Source: an uncultured Desulfobacter sp. (GTDB lineage: Bacteria > Desulfobacterota > Desulfobacteria > Desulfobacterales > Desulfobacteraceae). From it: a stretch of 64,000 nt of DNA. Location of the stretch: the NCBI GenBank assembly GCA_963665095.1, contig OY762069.1:992001-1056000 (forward strand), given 5' to 3'. Positions 60,199 through 64,000 of this stretch are shown in pieces; the stretch's first letter is position 1, and every line of letters starts with the position of its first letter. The notes under the pieces are model-generated. The model saw only the letters and a list, made by a program, of their open reading frames with translations. It was not told the origin of the DNA and made no database searches. A program made the position numbers and the translations under genes.

Positions 60199-61530
60199 AT
60201 GGCGTCATCAGATAACAACATGGCACAGGTCTATACGGTAAGCGGCCTGACAAGACAGATTAAAAATCTGCTTGAGGATCGTTATCCATTTGTATGGATC
60301 ACAGGTGAAATCTCTAATTTTTCAACACCAGCATCCGGTCATTCTTATTTTTCCTTAAAAGATAAAACCGCTGTGATCTCCTGCGTCATGTTCAAAGGAC
60401 AGAAACGCCATTTAAAGTTTAATCCTGAAAACGGGATGAAGATTAAAGCCATGGGACGGATCTCCCTGTATGAACCCCGGGGAAGCTACCAGCTGATACT
60501 GGAACATATGGAACCCGAAGGCACAGGTTCTTTGCAGGAAGCATTTGACCGTCTTAAGGCCAAACTTCAAGCCCAGGGATTGTTTGATGAAAAGCACAAG
60601 AAACCCTTACCGTTTCTGCCCTCGGGTATTTATGTAATCACGTCCGGGACTGGTGCGGCGGTTCGTGATATCATTCAGGTGGCCAGGCAGCGCTGCCCAA
60701 GTGTCCCCCTTGAAATTATTCCTGTAAAGGTTCAAGGAAATCTTGCAGAATACGAAATTGCGGCCGCCATTGAGCTTGCCAACGACGTTCATGCCTTTGA
60801 TCTTATTATTCTTGCCAGGGGTGGCGGCTCCATTGAAGATCTGTGGGCATTTAACACAGAAACCGTGGCCCATGCCGTTTTTCAGTCAGATCTGCCTGTG
60901 ATTTCAGGCGTCGGCCATGAAATTGATTTTACCATTGCCGATTTTGTGGCGGATTTAAGGGCCCCTACCCCGTCTGCAGCAGTTCAGATGGCCCTGCCAG
61001 ATCAGGCAGCCCTTTTACATCAGGTCCGCGGATTTCAAAACAATATAGAATCTAACATGTTGCGCCGTCTTCAACAGATGCAGGATCGGGTAAAAGATCT
61101 TTACCGCCGCCTGAAAAGTCCTGCCCGTGTCATTGATGATTTCAGGTTTGCCATTGAAGACCTTGAAGCCAGACTGTTTTCTTCAGTTACTAAACGACTC
61201 CGTCACCAGCATGAGAATCTTCACTGGTTGTCACGCACCCTTGAAAACGCCCTGCCCCTTTCCCGTATTACAAACTGCCGGCAGGAGGTTAACACGCTTC
61301 AAACCGCACTTGAGCGGGCATTCACCGTATATTTACAACAATACAGGGATCGGGTTCGGGAACAGTCAGCGCAACTTGCCGCGTTAAATCCCGAGTCTGT
61401 ATTAAAAAGAGGATACAGCATCACTCGCACGCCGGAAGGACAGGTGGTCATGGATGCAAAGACATTATCTGCCCATGACCCTATTGAAATTATTTTATCT
61501 AAAGGACGCCTGGCTGCCCGGGTGGAATGA
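60199..61530 (+). CDS. xseA: Exodeoxyribonuclease VII large subunit
   Basis: GEISNF, SGHSYFSLKD, ARGGGSIEDLWAFN, GVGHEIDFT, RAPTPSAA. Confidence 0.96.
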   Translation: MASSDNNMAQVYTVSGLTRQIKNLLEDRYPFVWITGEISNFSTPASGHSYFSLKDKTAVISCVMFKGQKRHLKFNPENGMKIKAMGRISLYEPRGSYQLILEHMEPEGTGSLQEAFDRLKAKLQAQGLFDEKHKKPLPFLPSGIYVITSGTGAAVRDIIQVARQRCPSVPLEIIPVKVQGNLAEYEIAAAIELANDVHAFDLIILARGGGSIEDLWAFNTETVAHAVFQSDLPVISGVGHEIDFTIADFVADLRAPTPSAAVQMALPDQAALLHQVRGFQNNIESNMLRRLQQMQDRVKDLYRRLKSPARVIDDFRFAIEDLEARLFSSVTKRLRHQHENLHWLSRTLENALPLSRITNCRQEVNTLQTALERAFTVYLQQYRDRVREQSAQLAALNPESVLKRGYSITRTPEGQVVMDAKTLSAHDPIEIILSKGRLAARVE

Positions 61531-61534
61531 AAAT

Positions 61535-61771
61535 ATGGCAAAAAAATCATTTGAAACGGTATTAAAACAGCTTGAAGAGATCGTCAGGGAGATGGAGTCA
61601 GGTGAACTGACCCTGGAGCAGGCTGTTAAAAAATATGAAACCGGCATGGCCCATACAAAATACTGCCTTGAAATTCTTGATAAAACAGAACAGAAAATTA
61701 CCCAGTTAACCAAGGCTAAAAACGGCAACCTCGAATCGTCATTGTTTGAGGAAGACAATGAAGTCCTTTAA
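61535..61771 (+). CDS. xseB: Exodeoxyribonuclease VII small subunit
   Basis: SFETVLKQLEEIVREMESGELTLEQAVKKYETG. Confidence 0.93.
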   Translation: MAKKSFETVLKQLEEIVREMESGELTLEQAVKKYETGMAHTKYCLEILDKTEQKITQLTKAKNGNLESSLFEEDNEVL

Positions 61772-62699
61772 CCTTTCCGAGTATCTCACCCAGAATCGCC
61801 AGCTGGTTGACAGGGCTCTGACTAAAATGCTTGATCAACTGGACAGAAACCGGGAGCTGGTTGCCGCCATGGGACACTCCCTGATGGCCGGGGGGAAACG
61901 GGTTCGCCCCGTGCTTGCCCTGGCATCGGCCCGGGCCCTGGGAAAGGATCCCGTCATCGCCCTGCCCGCCTGCTGTGCCATTGAAATGATCCATACCTAC
62001 TCTCTGATTCATGATGATTTGCCTGCCATGGATGATGATGACCTTCGCCGCGGGGTACCCACCTGCCATAAGCAGTTTTCAGAAGCCACGGCCATTCTTG
62101 CCGGCGACGGACTTTTAACCCATGCATTTCAGATTTTGGCAGCTCCCCGGGGCCTCTTTGACATCTATCCGGATGCACGGACCCGGCTCGCGCTGGTGGA
62201 TAAAATTTCCGGTGCTGCCGGTGTGAATGGTATGGTGGAAGGCCAGATGCTGGATATGCAGGCAGAAAATTTACCGTTTTCAGCAGAGATGAATTCCGAT
62301 GACGCCCTGGCTCATCTCAAAGAGATCCACCGGCATAAAACCGGGGCCATGATCCAGGTCAGTGTGGAAGCCGGAGCAATCAGCGCCGGAGCTGATGAAC
62401 GTGCCATGACAGCCCTTTGCCATTATGCACAAAACATTGGTCTGGCCTTTCAGGTCATGGATGATATTTTAAATGTTGAAGGTGACCCTGCTGTCATGGG
62501 CAAGGCTGCCGGATCAGACGCACTGCATGACAAAATGACATTTCCCGCTCTTATCGGCCTTGAAGGATCTAAAACCTTTGCCAACGAGCTTGTAAAACAG
62601 GCCCTTAAAGCCCTGGACAGTTGCCCAGTAAATAATTTTGACCAGAACAGCGATGCCCTGCGCGCCATTGCCGGATATATTATCAATCGAAACCGGTAG
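61758..62699 (+). CDS. ispA: Farnesyl diphosphate synthase (polyprenyl synthetase)
   Basis: GGKRVRP, SLIHDDLPAMDDDDLRRG, GQMLD, FQVMDD. Confidence 0.9.
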   Translation: MKSFNLSEYLTQNRQLVDRALTKMLDQLDRNRELVAAMGHSLMAGGKRVRPVLALASARALGKDPVIALPACCAIEMIHTYSLIHDDLPAMDDDDLRRGVPTCHKQFSEATAILAGDGLLTHAFQILAAPRGLFDIYPDARTRLALVDKISGAAGVNGMVEGQMLDMQAENLPFSAEMNSDDALAHLKEIHRHKTGAMIQVSVEAGAISAGADERAMTALCHYAQNIGLAFQVMDDILNVEGDPAVMGKAAGSDALHDKMTFPALIGLEGSKTFANELVKQALKALDSCPVNNFDQNSDALRAIAGYIINRNR

Positions 62700-62723
62700 G
62701 ATTAAAAACAAAGGTAAGCATAA

Positions 62724-64000
62724 TTGACATATCTTGACCAAATTGACAGCCCTGATGATTTAAAACGGATTCCACGGGAAAAATTGGGATTTGTGGCCCA
62801 GGAGCTCCGGCACCGGATTATTGATGTGGTGTCTAAAAACGGGGGCCATCTGGCCTCAAGTTTAGGTGCTGTGGAGTTGACCATCGCCCTTCATTATGTA
62901 TTTGACATACCAAAAGACACTTTGATTTGGGATGTGGGTCACCAGTCCTATGCCCATAAACTGCTGACCGGACGTCAGCGCAATTTTGATACCTTAAGAA
63001 AATATAAGGGGATTTCAGGCTTCACCAAGGTATCCGAAAGTCCCTATGACGCCTTTACTGTCGGACATGCATCCACCTCCATATCAGCCGGCCTTGGCAT
63101 GTGCTTTGCCAAGGCCCTTCACAAGGATGACTCCAATGTGATCAGCGTGATCGGTGACGGATCTCTCACCGCCGGGCTGGCCTATGAAGGACTGAACCAG
63201 GCTGGAGATCTCAAGCAGAAATTTATTGTTGTCTTCAATGATAACGAGATGTCTATTTCCGCAAACGTCGGGGCGCTTTCCTCCTACCTGTCCCGGACCT
63301 TTTCCCACAAAACATTGCAGAGTATGCGGAACCAGTTTGGTCAGTTTCTCAAATCCGTGCCCAAAATCGGAGATGATATGTACGGGTGGGCCAAACGCTG
63401 GGAAGAGTCCTTTAAGACCTTTGTAACCCCGGGCATGTTGTTTGAAGCCTTTAATTTCGACTATTTCGGTCCCATTGACGGACATAACCTGGACCACCTT
63501 ATCGACATTTTGTCCAATATCAAGGACCCGGATTCCCCCATACTGCTCCATGTGACCACCAAAAAGGGCAAGGGATATGGGCCGGCGGAAAAAAATCCCG
63601 TATATTTTCATGGTGTTGGCGCTTTCTCCGTGGATACGGGAAAGACCAGTGCCACCGCGTCAACCGCCCCACCCTCCTATACCAAGGTGTTTGGCGACTA
63701 CATGATTGCCCTTGCAAAGGAGAACACCGATATCGTAGCCGTGACGGCAGCCATGCCTGAGGGAACAGGGCTTAGCGGATTTGCCGAACAGTTCCCGGAT
63801 CGGTTTGTGGATGTGGGAATCGCTGAACAGCATGCAGTTACCTTTGCCGCAGGCCTGGCCGCAAAGGGTATCCGGCCTGTGGTGGCCATCTACTCCACCT
63901 TTCTGCAGCGCGGGTATGACCAGGTGCTCCATGATGTCTGCATTGATCATCTTCCAGTAATTTTCGCCCTGGATCGGGGTGGAATTGTTGGGGAAGACGG
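62724..64000 (+). CDS. dxs: 1-deoxy-D-xylulose-5-phosphate synthase (3'-truncated by window edge; absent from the ORF track)
   Basis: TTG start [40 protein letters not shown]...NDN, GIAEQHA, YSTFLQR. Confidence 0.95.
   Translation, partial: MTYLDQIDSPDDLKRIPREKLGFVAQELRHRIIDVVSKNGGHLASSLGAVELTIALHYVFDIPKDTLIWDVGHQSYAHKLLTGRQRNFDTLRKYKGISGFTKVSESPYDAFTVGHASTSISAGLGMCFAKALHKDDSNVISVIGDGSLTAGLAYEGLNQAGDLKQKFIVVFNDNEMSISANVGALSSYLSRTFSHKTLQSMRNQFGQFLKSVPKIGDDMYGWAKRWEESFKTFVTPGMLFEAFNFDYFGPIDGHNLDHLIDILSNIKDPDSPILLHVTTKKGKGYGPAEKNPVYFHGVGAFSVDTGKTSATASTAPPSYTKVFGDYMIALAKENTDIVAVTAAMPEGTGLSGFAEQFPDRFVDVGIAEQHAVTFAAGLAAKGIRPVVAIYSTFLQRGYDQVLHDVCIDHLPVIFALDRGGIVGED

Overview
64 kb of a Desulfobacteraceae-like (deltaproteobacterial sulfate reducer) chromosome; the taxonomy is inferred from protein similarity recalled by eye. 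Most of the window is housekeeping: purC, tadA-purA, two tRNAs, an spdEFG1-type fusA, ileS-lspA-lgt-holA, pyk, a complete glycine-cleavage/lipoate cluster, fabH, pgi, glmM and xseAB-ispA-dxs. The window appears to span the replication terminus, with a 28-bp dif-like site at 60027-60054 and GGGCAGGG (KOPS) octamers that switch strand there. Accessory content: (i) a TetR-controlled PLP-aldolase/GMC oxidoreductase/fused aldehyde dehydrogenase operon next to tRNA-Arg, a candidate uncharacterised amino-alcohol (sphingoid-like) catabolic route; (ii) an orphan ParB-like gene coupled to a divergent spore-photoproduct-lyase-family radical SAM gene; (iii) a ~9.6-kb defence island (type I RM plus IetAS-like AAA ATPase/S8 protease) in which hsdM has an in-frame TAG and the protease appears to have an internal in-frame deletion; (iv) a non-decarboxylating glutaryl-CoA dehydrogenase / Na+-pumping glutaconyl-CoA decarboxylase operon, including a small subunit missed by the ORF track. 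No CRISPR array, rRNA or intact transposase/integrase was seen. All family calls come from motif recognition; no database search was run.
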